Shown here one piece after another: positions 1 through 13,136 of a stretch of 64,000 nt of DNA. How positions within the stretch are numbered: position 1 is the first letter of the stretch; every line of letters begins with the position of its first letter. Under the pieces are notes generated by a model. It made no database searches and was not told the DNA's origin. It saw only the letters and a program-made list of their open reading frames with translations. Source of the stretch: the human T2T-CHM13v2.0 reference genome, Homo sapiens; the NCBI RefSeq assembly GCF_009914755.1, contig NC_060938.1. One strand, given 5' to 3'. The position numbers were made by a program, and so were the translations under genes.

Positions 1-151
1 CCAACACGGATGGCTAATTTTTTGTATTTTTAGTAAAGACGGGGTTTCACCATGTTGGCCAGGCTGGTCTCGAATGTCCGACCTCAAGTGATCCGCCCGC
101 CTCAGCCTCCCAAAGTGCTGGGATTACAGGCGTGAGCCACTGCGCCCGGCC
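1..151 (-). mobile_element. Alu (AluS-type), cut by the window start
   Basis: Reverse-complement left arm ending GTGAGCCACTGCGCCCGGCC at 151. Confidence 0.95.
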
Positions 152-1552
152 AGTGTTTGAATTTTTATAAGCTTTTGTTTAGAGATTACTTATTATACTA
201 GAAAAGTAAGTTAGAAGTAAACATTTTCTATTAAAAAAATGAAAAGAAATGAGAAGGAATGAACAACTGTGAACAAATGAAGTGGGTAAAATTTTCCATG
301 GCCCTACCTCAAGGTTACTTTGGTTTCTTTTTTGTTTTTTGACAATCACTAAGGAAGCTCTGTGGAGTGAAGGAGGAACATCATCATCTGCAAGTGACTC
401 AGAAAAAATCTCTTTTGTCCTTTAGATTTGTTTAATTCATGTAGATTGCTTTCTTATTCTTGAAATTCAAGTGACCGTATTCTTACTTTACTATAGAAAA
501 GCAATTGACGTGATAAAAATAAGCAAGCCATTTGGGACGTTGAGATTTTCGAGGTAGGTAATGGAAAATTTGGCGGTGAGGGGTCAACAAGGGATGATTT
601 TTCCTAGACGTGTGAGCTTCCTGTAATGTGGAATGTGTACGTGTGAAATCACCAGTCTCTATATTTGCAATAACTTAATAACATGACGGTTCCTCCACCC
701 GTCCTCTTTCCCCACACTGAGTTCCAGTTTCACACTGGGATACTCATTGTGAAGCTTTACAAAGAAAGGAGGAAGTAAACCTACCAACAAGGCAGCAATG
801 TGTTTCAAATGCCACATTCTTAACAGATGAAGGTTTTTTTCATCACACTGATTAGCAATGCCACATGAGTCAAAGTGGATGGTCCAAATCTTGTATTTAA
901 TTTTCTTCTCGTGTCCTGGGCCTTTCAAATTTATTAATTATTGTTTACAAGGCCTTGCCTTGCTGGCGTACATTTAGCAGACACTACAATCTTAGCAAGG
1001 GTCAGCTTTATCTTGCTGCAGGGTTGCACCTGCTCCCTCAACTGAACTAAAAAGGAAGTAAAAATGTGGTATTTAAGTGGCCACAGCCTTTTGTCTGATG
1101 CAGGAAAGCAACGAGAGCTTCTGTTTCTTCACCGTTGTTCATGCTAAAGGGTCTCCAAGTGTATAACACTTAGAGGAATTAGTTTCCTGCTCCCTAAAAG
1201 CAAAGAGGTCCGCAGAGAAGAGACAGCAGCTGGCCAGTGAGTCCCAGTAATTCCCAGCAGCACACCAGGGTCTAACAGAGGAGACTACTGTGTTTGAGGA
1301 AACTGACGGGATCTAGAGAGAAACCAATGCTTAATGTTTGTCTATCATTCCTCCTAAAAATTAGGTAAGAGCAAAAATAGGCAAATTGCTGCTTGAGGAA
1401 TAACTAATTTAGTAATAGTTCAGAATAATGCATTGCATTGCCCTTAGATTCAAAGTGGTGTTTTAAGTGACATTCTATTAGCAGAGCCTGCCAGCTGACA
1501 AAACTTAGGTAGTATTTGGCTCCCTAAGAGAAGGCAAACCATGAGCATGTGG

Positions 1553-1866
<314 letters not shown>

Positions 1867-2568
1867 TGCATGTGGATATTTTAATTAAAGTTGAATACAG
1901 AACTCATTGTGCTTGATATTGAACTACCTGGGACTACCGTGGCCCACTACTTGAATCTTAGTCCTGACATTGTTAAATGCAAGCAGCTCGGGAGAATGTG
2001 GTGGCTTGCTTCAGAGAAAGAAAAAAAGCACTTCTGACAAAATCCCAGAAGCTAAGGTTATTCACGGTTATAAAAGCAGTAACAAAAGTTTTGAATGTTG
2101 GTTCTACTGTTTACAATTTTAGAAAAATGTTGTTCGCCTGTCCTTTGATTTTATGAGGCAATTTTGAAAAACATCAATCAAAGAACTGCTCTGAATCTCC
2201 AGGTGTGAAAACAGGGGATGACAGGAAATCCAGATGGTCAAACTATGGGCAGAGGTTTTGTATTTGTGATTGGTAGAGAGAAGGAGGCCTGTGTCTGAGG
2301 CACAACAGATGGGAAACACCAACTTCATCACTTAAAGAATTATCCTCACTCTCACCCCACAATCTGGAAACAAGTGACAGTGTTGCTCTGCGTAAAGATA
2401 GCAGACCTCTTCCAGATTAGGGGGACTTAACAGAGCCGTTTAATTACTTTTTGGGTTAAGAAGTTGCCATCATTATCTCCATTAGTTAATAAGAGACTTA
2501 CTGCCAGTGACTAAAAAGAAGTAATTACTATTATAATTTTTTAAAATTACACATACATTTCACAATTC

Positions 2569-2687
2569 TTTTTTTTTTTTTTTTTTTTTTTTGAGATGGA
2601 GTCTCACTCTGTCACCCAGGCTGAAGTGCAGTAGCACAATTTTGGCTCACTGCAAGCTCTGCCTCCCAGGTTCATGACATTCTCCTG
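2569..2687 (-). mobile_element. Alu 3' fragment (AluY-like), 5' truncated, no visible TSD
   Basis: Poly-T then GAGATGGAGTCTC...CAAGCTCTGCC...TTCATGACATTCTCCTG. Confidence 0.9.
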
Positions 2688-3720
2688 GAGAAGAGGAATA
2701 TGGTATCAAACATCAAAATTTACTCAAGCGGCCAGTCTAGCAGATCATTCAGTCTTTGGAATTCCTTTTATTTATCTTTGAGTTCAAAATTCTGACCTAT
2801 GTTTGTCTCAATTTAGATTACTGCTAAAATGGAGAAAAAATATGGCACCCATGAAGCCGCTGAATTAAAAGAAAGCATAAACTAACCTTTAAAAATAGTT
2901 TGAATTAAGCTTCTTTGGAAAGGGAGATTATAAGATTGGCTAATGCTCAAAAATGGTAATTTTCCTTTGTTTAACTTAAAGTAATAATTTATCTCAAAAT
3001 AACATCACAGTTACTTGTAAAGATGATGGTATCTGGCTTTTCATTTGGAAGTGTTTTCCAGAAAGCAACTCAGGAATGTACAAAGTTAAACCTGTATACA
3101 CACCAGGTGTATGCGGTCAGGGGTACGCTTTGTTTACCTGTAACTGATTTTAACTTCTTTTAAAGTTAAAATTGAATTGCTCTTCTTTTAAAGAAAAATG
3201 TGCATCACTTTCATTTCAGTGGAGTTTTTTGTTTAACTCAAATAAAAAAGATAACAAAGAACTAATAGCCATATTCAATTGTTTAAAATCTTACAAATTA
3301 ATGAAAAGATAAACAAGAAAAAAATTATGTCAAAGGACATAAATAATTTTGAAATGGCCAATAATCATTTGAAACAACATTAAACTTCATTAAGAATCTA
3401 AGGAGTACAAATTATAACAAGTATAAGATGTCATTTTTCACTAGAGCAATTGGAAAGAAAAATTTTAAATACTTAATGTTGGGGAATGTATATAAAAATA
3501 AGTGCAAGGATATACACTGCTAGTATAAATGTAGTGTGAGTGCGTGTGTGTATATATACATCTACATATATACCTTCTAAAAGGTATTGATTCAAATTTA
3601 TTATATATACACATATATTATATAAGTATTATTTATATGAACATATACAAATATATGTATATGTATTTATCTAGATACATAATAAATATTATAAATATAT
3701 TTATATTTATTTATATTTAG

Positions 3721-3992
3721 TGGACAATAATCATTTGAAACAATGTTTAGCTTCATTAAGAATCTACGGAAGAATGTTCCTGAAGGTTCTTCATGGAATG
3801 AAGAAATGGAATGGACCATGAAGAAATGGTCTTCATGGAATTCCCAGCATACCTCATACCAGAGAGAGAGAATATAACATCCGTTGTTCCCCATTACTAT
3901 TCTCATTACATTAAGGATGAACAACAACCAGGAAGCGCAAAACTCTGGCAGCCATAAGCATATCTGAATATGTGATTTCTAATATTTATTTC
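3721..3992 (+). repeat. Composite local duplication: copy of 3355-3404, fold-back filler, copy of 5443-5609
   Basis: 3721-3770 matches 3355-3404 at 44/50; 3837-3992 aligns to 5443-5609 at roughly 88-90% by eye. Confidence 0.9.
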
Positions 3993-4308
3993 CTATGTGA
4001 TACACACACACTCACACACACACAGACACAGAGTCATGTGTGTTTTAAAGCCTTAGATGGGTGCATATTCTTTGATTCAATGACTAGATATCTAGAAATT
4101 TATTCAGAAATAATCACAGATATGCTCAAAGATATAGCTACAAGGATGCTCATTAGACAGCTATCAAAAACATTATCAAAAACTTGGAGACAGCCTAGAT
4201 ATCCAAAAATAGAGGGTTGCTTAAGTATGTTATAAAACATTTATACAGCAGAACACTACATGGAGGCAGAGGAATATTTAATGTTTATAATACATTAAAT
4301 GAAAAGGG

Positions 4309-4455
4309 AGCCAGGCATAGTGGCATGCACCTGTAATCTCAGCACTTTGGGAGGCTGAGGTGGGAGGGTAGCATAAGCCCAGGAGTTCAAGGTTGCAGTG
4401 AGCCACAATTGTGCCACTGCACTCTAGCCTGGGTGACAGAGTGAGATCATGTCTC
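4309..4455 (+). mobile_element. Alu right monomer (FRAM/AluJ-like)
   Basis: Single monomer ending GTGAGATCATGTCTC. Confidence 0.85.
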
Positions 4456-4488
<33 letters not shown>

Positions 4489-4512
4489 GAAAGAAAGAAA
4501 GAAAGAAGAAAG

Positions 4513-4571
<59 letters not shown>

Positions 4572-4580
4572 AAAGGAAAA
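4456..4580 (+). repeat. (GA)n/(GAAA)n microsatellite from the Alu tail
   Basis: Visible directly; source of the K/E/R-rich ORFs. Confidence 0.97.
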
Positions 4581-4787
4581 GGAGATTTCAACACTATTGC
4601 ATCACTTCAGTTTTGCATTTACACAGTGAAAATTATAGTAAAACAAATCATGCTATTGGTGGTTTATCTCTGGGAACTGGGATTATTGGTGATTTTGATT
4701 TTATTCCCATTGTTTACCTGTCTTTTCTATAATTTCATAAAAAAACAGCTTTGTTGAGATGGCATTCACATATCATACAACTATTAA

Positions 4788-5090
<303 letters not shown>

Positions 5091-5772
5091 TATTACTTTT
5101 ATAATTAAGAAAAAAAGCAATAAAATTATTCTTACTGATTGAGGTAAACCTCTTTTGGGCAAATAATTAATCAACATGTCATCTCAATTATTTTAATATT
5201 GGGTTCATAGCTAGCATTTATCCAGCACTTTAAATTTTGCAATGCACCTTTACTTTTACACAAGGTTCTTCTAGCCAAGTAGACCTCATTGCACATAAAC
5301 AACTAATGACCTACACCTGTTAAGTTGCAAGCAATTAAGTCTTGTTGGGGGTCTTTGCTCCCTTTTAATGGAAATTATACTGTGAATAAGACGAGAGAAA
5401 TATATGTCATGTCTGTCTTTCTGACACACTGTGGGTTTTCAAGGGATTCTCAGCATGACTCCTACCAGAGAGAGAGAGAGAAAGAGAATATAACATCCGT
5501 TGTTCTCCGTTACTATTCTCATTACATTAAAGATGAACAACCACGCAGTAAATGCAAAACTCTGGCAGCCACAAGCATATCTGAATATGTGATTTCTAAT
5601 ATTCATTTCATTTTCCATTAACACACAAAACTACCTTATTAAACGTGAATAAAACCTGCATCCAGAGACACTTAAAATGTTGGCCAATTCCTCACTGAAA
5701 GGACCTTAATGATGGTGGGAAGCTTGAAGAGGGGCTTGGAGAGAGGTTTGCAGGCTTCGGGTTGCCAGGGAC

Positions 5773-6300
5773 ACTTACCTTCTTGGCTTCAGCACATCAC
5801 ACAGTCTCAGACGGCAGAAAGAGCCAACGCGTTGGAAAACAAGGGTCAGTACAAGGGTTAAATGAAAGTGAAATCATGCTGACCCAGAAATGCAAATCGG
5901 TGTGCCTTAGTTCTCTGTAGAACTTGTGTTGCCTGAACACTCTATTCTTTCTTCAGATTATCTAGTGTCCCAAGAGAGGCTTCAGCGATTTCGAGAACAG
6001 TGATGCAATGTGGGGAGACGCGGCAGGCAGCGGCAGAATCTAATTGCATTTGAGAAGCATCTCCACAATTTGTAGTGGCCTTCTCACAGGGAAAAGCGGG
6101 GGGCCGGTTTTGAAGTTGATTTCCTTTTCTTTATATTGCTTTTACTATCCTTCTCAGCTCAGATTCAAAGCTCAAAATGGGAGGTGATTTTTAAACTGTC
6201 TTTCAACCCATCATAAAAGGAAGAACATGCGCACTTAGAGATTTATAATTCTCATCTGCATTGTGTTCTCTAAAGTTGCAACGTGTACAGGAAGCTCCTG
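5773..6300 (-). promoter_or_regulatory. Candidate alternative promoter/first exon or microexon with a consensus 5' splice site
   Basis: Minus-strand AAG|GTAAGT at 5779/5778; GAAAGTGAAA 5864-5873, TGCTGAC 5877-5883, ATGCAAAT 5890-5897, TGATGCAAT 6001-6009; CpGs locally retained; repeat-free. Confidence 0.55.
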
Positions 6301-6639
6301 GTTGCTGATAGAAAGCTGCTTGAAATATAAATTTCAGGTACACAATGTGGTTCTCATCACGAACGGAATTAGAAGGGAGAGAAGAAGGGAAAATGGAGGG
6401 AGAGAATAGGGGCGAGGGGACAGAAGAGAGGTGATAAATCAGAGATGAGTGCCGATTTTAAAGAAAAAACAGAAGCTGAGAACTTATTAGAGGGACTCAG
6501 GATAGAAAATTGAACAAGGTAAGCTAAGAATAGATGGCAAAGGGATTATGAATGTGGATCTAGAGCCAAATGGCTTGAATCTGAACCATCACTTAATTTC
6601 TAGACAACTTTAAGCAACCTACTTACCCTATTTGCCTGT

Positions 6640-6688
6640 GCAAACCAGGCTGGGCGTGGTGTGAGCCACCGTGCCCAGCCTGGTTTGC
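6640..6688. repeat. 49-nt inverted repeat made of two Alu 5' heads, inside a MIR
   Basis: GCAAACCAGGCTGGGCGTGGTG-TGAGC-CACCGTGCCCAGCCTGGTTTGC. Confidence 0.9.
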
Positions 6689-7974
6689 CTTCGTTTTAAA
6701 AAATAATTATGAGAAGTCAAGTTCTGAGACTTGCATACATGGTACTTGCTGTTTTTCACTCCTTGCACAGGGAAATCTACATTTGATGGTCCAGTTTACA
6801 AACTTTTAGGATAAGAATGCAATACAGATTTTGCAAATAATTCTTAAAGACCTCCTTTACGTAATGAGCTATGGAATACAAAGATAAGTGAGACATTGTC
6901 CTTGTTCTTAAGGAGTTCGAGGTCTAGAAGGAATGACAGATCTGTATTAAAGTCCCAGGAGGCGGTATATAATAGCTGGTCAGGAGGAAAACTTTCAAGT
7001 CTGGAAAGAGCAGTTCCTAAGTTTCAAATTGGAAACTGAAACATGAGTACTGCTTTTAAACGCAAGGCCAGCCCCATGTTTTGCAGGTAAAGGATCCTAC
7101 TTAAGTTTGGGGCTGGAAAACCAGCTGAATAGATACTGTCTCAACTCCATGACAGAAGATAAATGTACTATCAGGGTCCAGATATAATAAACATAGGCAG
7201 ACAAAAATCATTATTAAATTGAACTGGGTTTTTTTTTTTTCCCAGGGGGAGGGGTGTGCCTGAAGTGTTAAGCCTAAAAAACAGTATTTCCCAAGGAAAA
7301 AAGATGTCCTATTATTAGCATCAAATTAGAGAACTATTTGTACAGCCAGGAAAGTCATGGATATTGTGTCACATGGTTGACATCCATGGGTTTGTCTCAT
7401 AAAAGTAACGTGAAAAAAATCCACAGAATCCCACCTGGCACTAGGAAGGCTATGAGCTTTCAGCATCAGCTCTCCAAGGAACTGCAAACTCAAGGAGCCA
7501 GCTTACCTCACGTGTTCCTGCACTTTGTAAAATTTCTTCAGAAATTTAAATTAAAACCGGTTCTTCAGTAATAATCCTTGTTTTCATCTTTGTTGCTTTC
7601 ATCTTTGCAACAATTTAAACATGTTGTTCATTTTCTGAGTGTCTGCCATGAGACTGGGAAATTAGCTATATTGAACATAAAGCAAAGCTAATTCTAGGAA
7701 TTTCCAAAGACAAAGACAATTCCTAGAACATCTTTCTATCAGGGAAACTTGAGGGTAAGTACCAGAGAGTTCACTTTCCAGATGGCACTGTCCTCCAATA
7801 ACTGAAATGATTAAGGCCTGAATATTTGCTGAATTGCTTGAAATAAGAGCCTAGCCTTTAGCTAATAGGTTCTGTCCGTCAGTCTCCTGAGTTAACGAGT
7901 TATTGGCTTCTACTTCTCTTTCTAGCAGGCTAGTGCTACTAAGTAGAAAAAGTAATTATATTAATGGAAAAATC

Positions 7975-8207
7975 AGTGTCCAACACATTCTCTAAGACCT
8001 GACTCAAATGTCACCTCCATTACTGCTTCCCTGGTCTCTATACACGGCTCTTTTGGAGTCTTTGTCACATTCAATGGAAACTGTTTCCAGGGTCCATGTG
8101 CTCTTGTATATCATTGGCTCCTCAAGGGCAAGTATGGGAACATATGCATTTTGGGGAAATAATGCCTGATACATAGTAGGCATTCAATCTGAATTAAATG
8201 AATAAAA
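7975..8207 (+). mobile_element. L2 3' end
   Basis: CTCAAATGTCACCTCC...GCCTGATACATAGTAGGCATTCAAT...AATGAATAAA. Confidence 0.7.
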
Positions 8208-9207
8208 GTCAAACAGGGAGAAAACAACATACTAACAAAATCAGCGAGACAAGAGGCCCAGAGAAGCAACAAAATCCCACCCACCCTTCACAAGGGCATA
8301 CACAAAGAGAAGAGCAGTGAGAGCTACTTGAGATTGTGGTGACACATCCAGTAGGCTGCTGAAGAAGTTGAATGTCACCCATGAACAGGTGTGAAAGCCA
8401 GTGCTTTCTCCCTGCAGCCTGCCACTTCTCTTTGCAGGTGACCTTGCCTTGCTATTTCCCCTTGGCTCTGGCCCTACTGGTCAAGGCGACGAACAACTCT
8501 AGAGGCTGGATGTGTTATCTGGGGCGAGTCTCAGGCTCATGCCCAGGGAATACATATATGGCTGGGTTATGTACCTATTATCCCATACATAATTAGATAT
8601 GTATTGGAGGTCCTTGTTGTTTTTTGCTGAGTTTTAATGGAGAAGGGAGAGGAATGGGTTTTACAGGCAAAATTCTCCATGAATGAACAATGTCGCCTCT
8701 GAATGGGCCACACGCTTGAGTTAATATATCTAGCTGCACAGCCTCCCAAAGATACACTATGAAGTTTCATCACCTCATTATACAAGCCTTTATCAAGCAA
8801 GAAGGAGGGGTTGTAAACTCTATACCAAACCAGAGTTTCAAGAAAATCTTACATCTTTTTACTCCGACGCTTTTCAAAGAAAATTTGTGTCTTTGTAAAC
8901 ACTCCTGGTGGTTGTGTCTGTAAACATAATTTTTAAAGCAATCTTTTAGATTAGACATGGATAAACAGTGCCAGAAATGGTATATAATGTTTTAAGTTCT
9001 AACGTTAGCATTCATTTTAGTATTTCCACTTCTAGGAACAGACATTCTTGAAAAGTTTTCTTCATTTTTTAAATTGGGAATCAAAAATTTTAGAGCTAGC
9101 AAGGGTCTCGTCAGTTATCTAGTCCAACGTACACAGCCTAGACTTTCTCCTGCGGCACAGAAGTAGAAAGAAACAAGTTCACCAACCTTTGTACTGTCAT
9201 GAATCTA

Positions 9208-9523
<316 letters not shown>

Positions 9524-9554
9524 AAACAGGATTTGATTACAGATTAATGAAAGG

Positions 9555-9820
9555 TAGTATTTTCCAAAATGCATTTCATATAAAACTAGAAATTTCTGAG
9601 ATAATATTTTTAAAGATTATGTAATCAAGTAAGTTTTACAACTACAAGGCTAAACAAAATTTTTAAAGCTCTTTTGATTTATTTAAAACTGTCAGACTTC
9701 TCAGAACCTTTAAGACATTAATGTGTACACCATGAATATCCATGAAAAAGGTAAAGCATGCAATGGAAAGGGCCCCCAAACTCCCTTTTTTAATAGATCA
9801 AAGTTCAGGAAAACTGGCTA
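9555..9820. mobile_element. hAT-Charlie MITE (MER112-like)
   Basis: Degenerate match to recalled consensus GACTTCTCAGAGCCTTTAATATGCTAATGTG. Confidence 0.45.
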
Positions 9821-10559
9821 CAAGGTGTTCAGCTCTAATATGTAATTGCAATTTGTGGTAGCTATTAGCTTCTAACCATAGACATAGAATGTAAATTTGT
9901 CCTTGAGCTTCCTAGTAGCCAACGCAAAGATGTGATACATTAATAGATTAAAAGTTCATGGTGTTCATCCAATGAAAACAAACCGGTTATGTATATAACT
10001 ATGATTTGGTAATCAAAATAATATTAATAATACTTTTCTAAAATAACAGAAAAAATTTAAAGAAAAAAACAGTTGTTCCAGAAACAATAACTATTTTCAA
10101 TACTGCTCCTCAAGGGTGTTCATAAAGAGGATCAGGATGGCAACCTTAGCAACACCCCTCTTCAGTGCATAAAATAATCAGTTTGCAGACAGTCTGATTC
10201 TTTTCTGGCATATTGCCACAGGGCAATTCAGTGGAAACAGGTGTACAAGAAGTCACTCCAGCTGCCACATGTTCATAGCTCTTAGTTGTCTAACTTAACC
10301 CAAGATTCTAGGCCCACTCTGCCACTAACCAGTCATGCCTGTCTCTAAGGATGAATCATTTGCCTACTGTGGAGTTGAACTAGATGTTCCCTGAAATTCT
10401 GTTGCACAGTTCTAGAAGTCTAGAGGATCTATTTCTTTTTTTTTTCCAGAAAAAAAAATTCAAGCTTCCAGTGTCCTTTAAAAGTATAAATCGAACCCTG
10501 TATGTATATGTGACTTAAGTAGTCACACTCATAGGGGATATGTTTAACACATCACTACA

Positions 10560-10701
10560 TTTTTTTTTTCTTTTTTTTTTTTAGAGAGATGGAGTCTCAC
10601 TATATTGTCCAGGCTGGCCTCAAACTCCTGGGCTCAAGCCACCCTCCCGCCTCAGCCTCCCAAAGTGCTAGGATTACAGGCATGAGCCACTGTGCCCAAA
10701 C
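10560..10701 (-). mobile_element. Alu left monomer (FLAM-like)
   Basis: Poly-T plus a single monomer. Confidence 0.88.
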
Positions 10702-10929
10702 GCATCATTATAACCTTGAGTACATTGTCAAAAATTTGGAAAAACTAAAAGAAAAAGAGAGAAACTAAGAACAGAAGTAGGAGAGCCCCCAAAATAATTC
10801 TATCCTCTTCAGCATTTTGCTTTAAATCAACCTTAGTTTCTTTAGGAGGCTTTATTAATAATAATAACAGAAATAATTATCATAATTTGCTTTAAATCAG
10901 CCTATAGTTTCTTAGAGGATAGCAATAAT

Positions 10930-11188
10930 GGTGACAGAAGCAGCAGCAAGCACCTATCTGGGGCTTCTTATGTATCACATCCTATTGTAAGCATTATATA
11001 TAATTACACCTTTAATTCTCACAATAACACAGAAAGGTAGATACTATTCCTACCCTATTTCACAGATGAGGAAGTTGTGATTCTGAGGAGGTGAATAACT
11101 TGTCTAAAGTCATGTAACTGGGAGCAGCAGATCAGGAATTCAAGCCGGATCCAGAGTCTGAGGTTTAACTAGCACACGCTGCTGCCTC
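10930..11188 (-). mobile_element. MIR, near full length
   Basis: TTTAATTCTCACAATAAC...ATTTCACAGATGAGGAA...AAAGTCATGTAACT. Confidence 0.85.
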
Positions 11189-11253
11189 CCGGTGAGTTCC
11201 TGCGGTAGGTGACTGCTTGCTGCTGGTGTAAGAGGTGCCCGCTCTCCAGCTAG

Positions 11254-11620
<367 letters not shown>

Positions 11621-11699
11621 TAAAGGCGGACTTTCTAAGAAGAGCAGTTCCATAAATGCAGAGAATAATAAATATTTTAATGGTTGATGATTATTATTC

Positions 11700-12000
11700 C
11701 AATAACATTAATAATACAAGAGAAAACAATTCCGCAGTTCTGTTGAAAAATTAAAGGTAGCTTCCACCACAACAATACAGTAGTTATTAACTCTTTGGCA
11801 AAGCTTGAACCAACAGACCGCACCGAAAGTCAACAGACTTCCGATTGCAAGGTGAAGGGAACAAACTTCACAGGGAGCAAACTGTTGGGGAACAAAGGAA
11901 ACCTTTGTTTCACTCTCAGATGTGCAACTGATGTGCAACTTGTGCACAGACACCGGGGTGCCCACGCTGTCTTTCCTCCAGGTTAACACAAGACACTAGT
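11700..12000. promoter_or_regulatory. Candidate enhancer with a paired SOX site
   Basis: AACAAAGG-AAA-CCTTTGTT at 11891-11909, further AACAAT motifs upstream, repeat-free. Confidence 0.4.
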
Positions 12001-12830
12001 CTTTTCTCCAACACCTCCCCTTTCCTTCCAGCCCTTCTCCCTTCTCTTCTCCTCCCCTCTCCTTCCCGGTCAGCATGTTCTTTCCTATTCAGGGACATAG
12101 GAGAGGGGTCTATTTGATAGTCTAGCACCATTCTAACATAGAATCACATGTTGTAACCACACATTCAGGACACATGTTTCATACTTCTAAAACCCTTCAT
12201 TAGAGGATCTCAAAGCACTCTTCAAACAGTAATTAATCATCTCCTCCTATGAATGTTTTCCTCCTAAAAGCTAGAAGTAGAAACACAACAATTATATGAC
12301 TTACTCCTCAAACTACTACCAGCATATTCATTGAAATAATTCCTAAGCCACCTCCCCAACACACACACCCACACTCACATGTACACCCACATGCAGAGAG
12401 TAGAGGAAGGGGGAGAGAGAAACAAAGAAAATTTTTTAAATGGTGGCAAGGCCGTGAAATTCTTCACTCCTATCTTCACAGCAGAGGTGGGGCCCAGGTC
12501 ATCTGTACACCATAAGTGTCAATAAGGACCTAAAGTTTTCTGGCACACCATTAATAGGATGAGTGGGAATCTACTTCCATTTGTGAAGTTGCCTGTCTTC
12601 TCATATTAACCCCTCTTCTCTAAGCCATCCACACCCTGACTAGTAGAGACTTCTTAGACAAACCAGGCTTTTCTCATCTCCTACTCCATTGTGTAGTCCT
12701 GAAGTGCTGAGCATCTCCCATAAAGAACTATGCATTTCAGAACTGGGTAAATTGGTTCTTCAAAGTGGGTTATTTTCAAAATTAATGAAACATGTTTGGC
12801 CCATTAGAGTGAGCTACAAAATCTAGGAAA

Positions 12831-13136
12831 TTTTCTTTTTCTTTTTCTTTTTCTTTTTGAGATGGAGTTTCACTCTTATCACCCAGGCTGGAATGCAATG
12901 GCGCAATCTCAGCTCAACCTCCACCTCCTGGGTTCAAGTGATTTTCCTGCCTCAGCCTCCCTAGTAGCTGGGATTACAGGTGCCCGCCACCATACCCAGC
13001 TAATGTTTGTATTTTTAGTAGAGACGGGGTTTCATCATGTTGGCCAGGCTTGTCTCGAACTCCTAACCTCAGGTAATCCACCTGCCTTAGCCTCCCAAAG
13101 TGCTAGGTTACAGGCATGAGCCACCATGCTCAGCCA
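12831..13136 (-). mobile_element. Alu (AluSq/Sp-like)
   Basis: Full dimer; TSD AAATTTTCTT. Confidence 0.93.

Larger units (their letters stand above)
3230..4740 (+). mobile_element. Old L1M (L1MC/L1ME-like) ORF2-end and 3' UTR fragments, interrupted by a templated insertion and an Alu monomer
   Basis: Degenerate L1 phrases such as GGCCAATAATCATTTGAAA, CTAGAAATTTATTC...CAAGGATGCTCATT, AAAACTTGGAGACAGCCTAGATATCCA and GTGGTTTATCTCTGGGA. Confidence 0.7.

Noticed and set aside
659-928. 89-aa ORF on the minus strand
   Set aside because: It has a non-ATG start, no recognisable family and no clear splice frame. The region has AP-1 (TGAGTCA) and FOX (TGTTTAC) motifs and may be an enhancer, but support is weak.
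5390-5610. Possible snoRNA/scaRNA because of the duplicated segment and GA repeat
   Set aside because: There is no convincing C/D or H/ACA box arrangement or terminal stem; local duplication explains it better.
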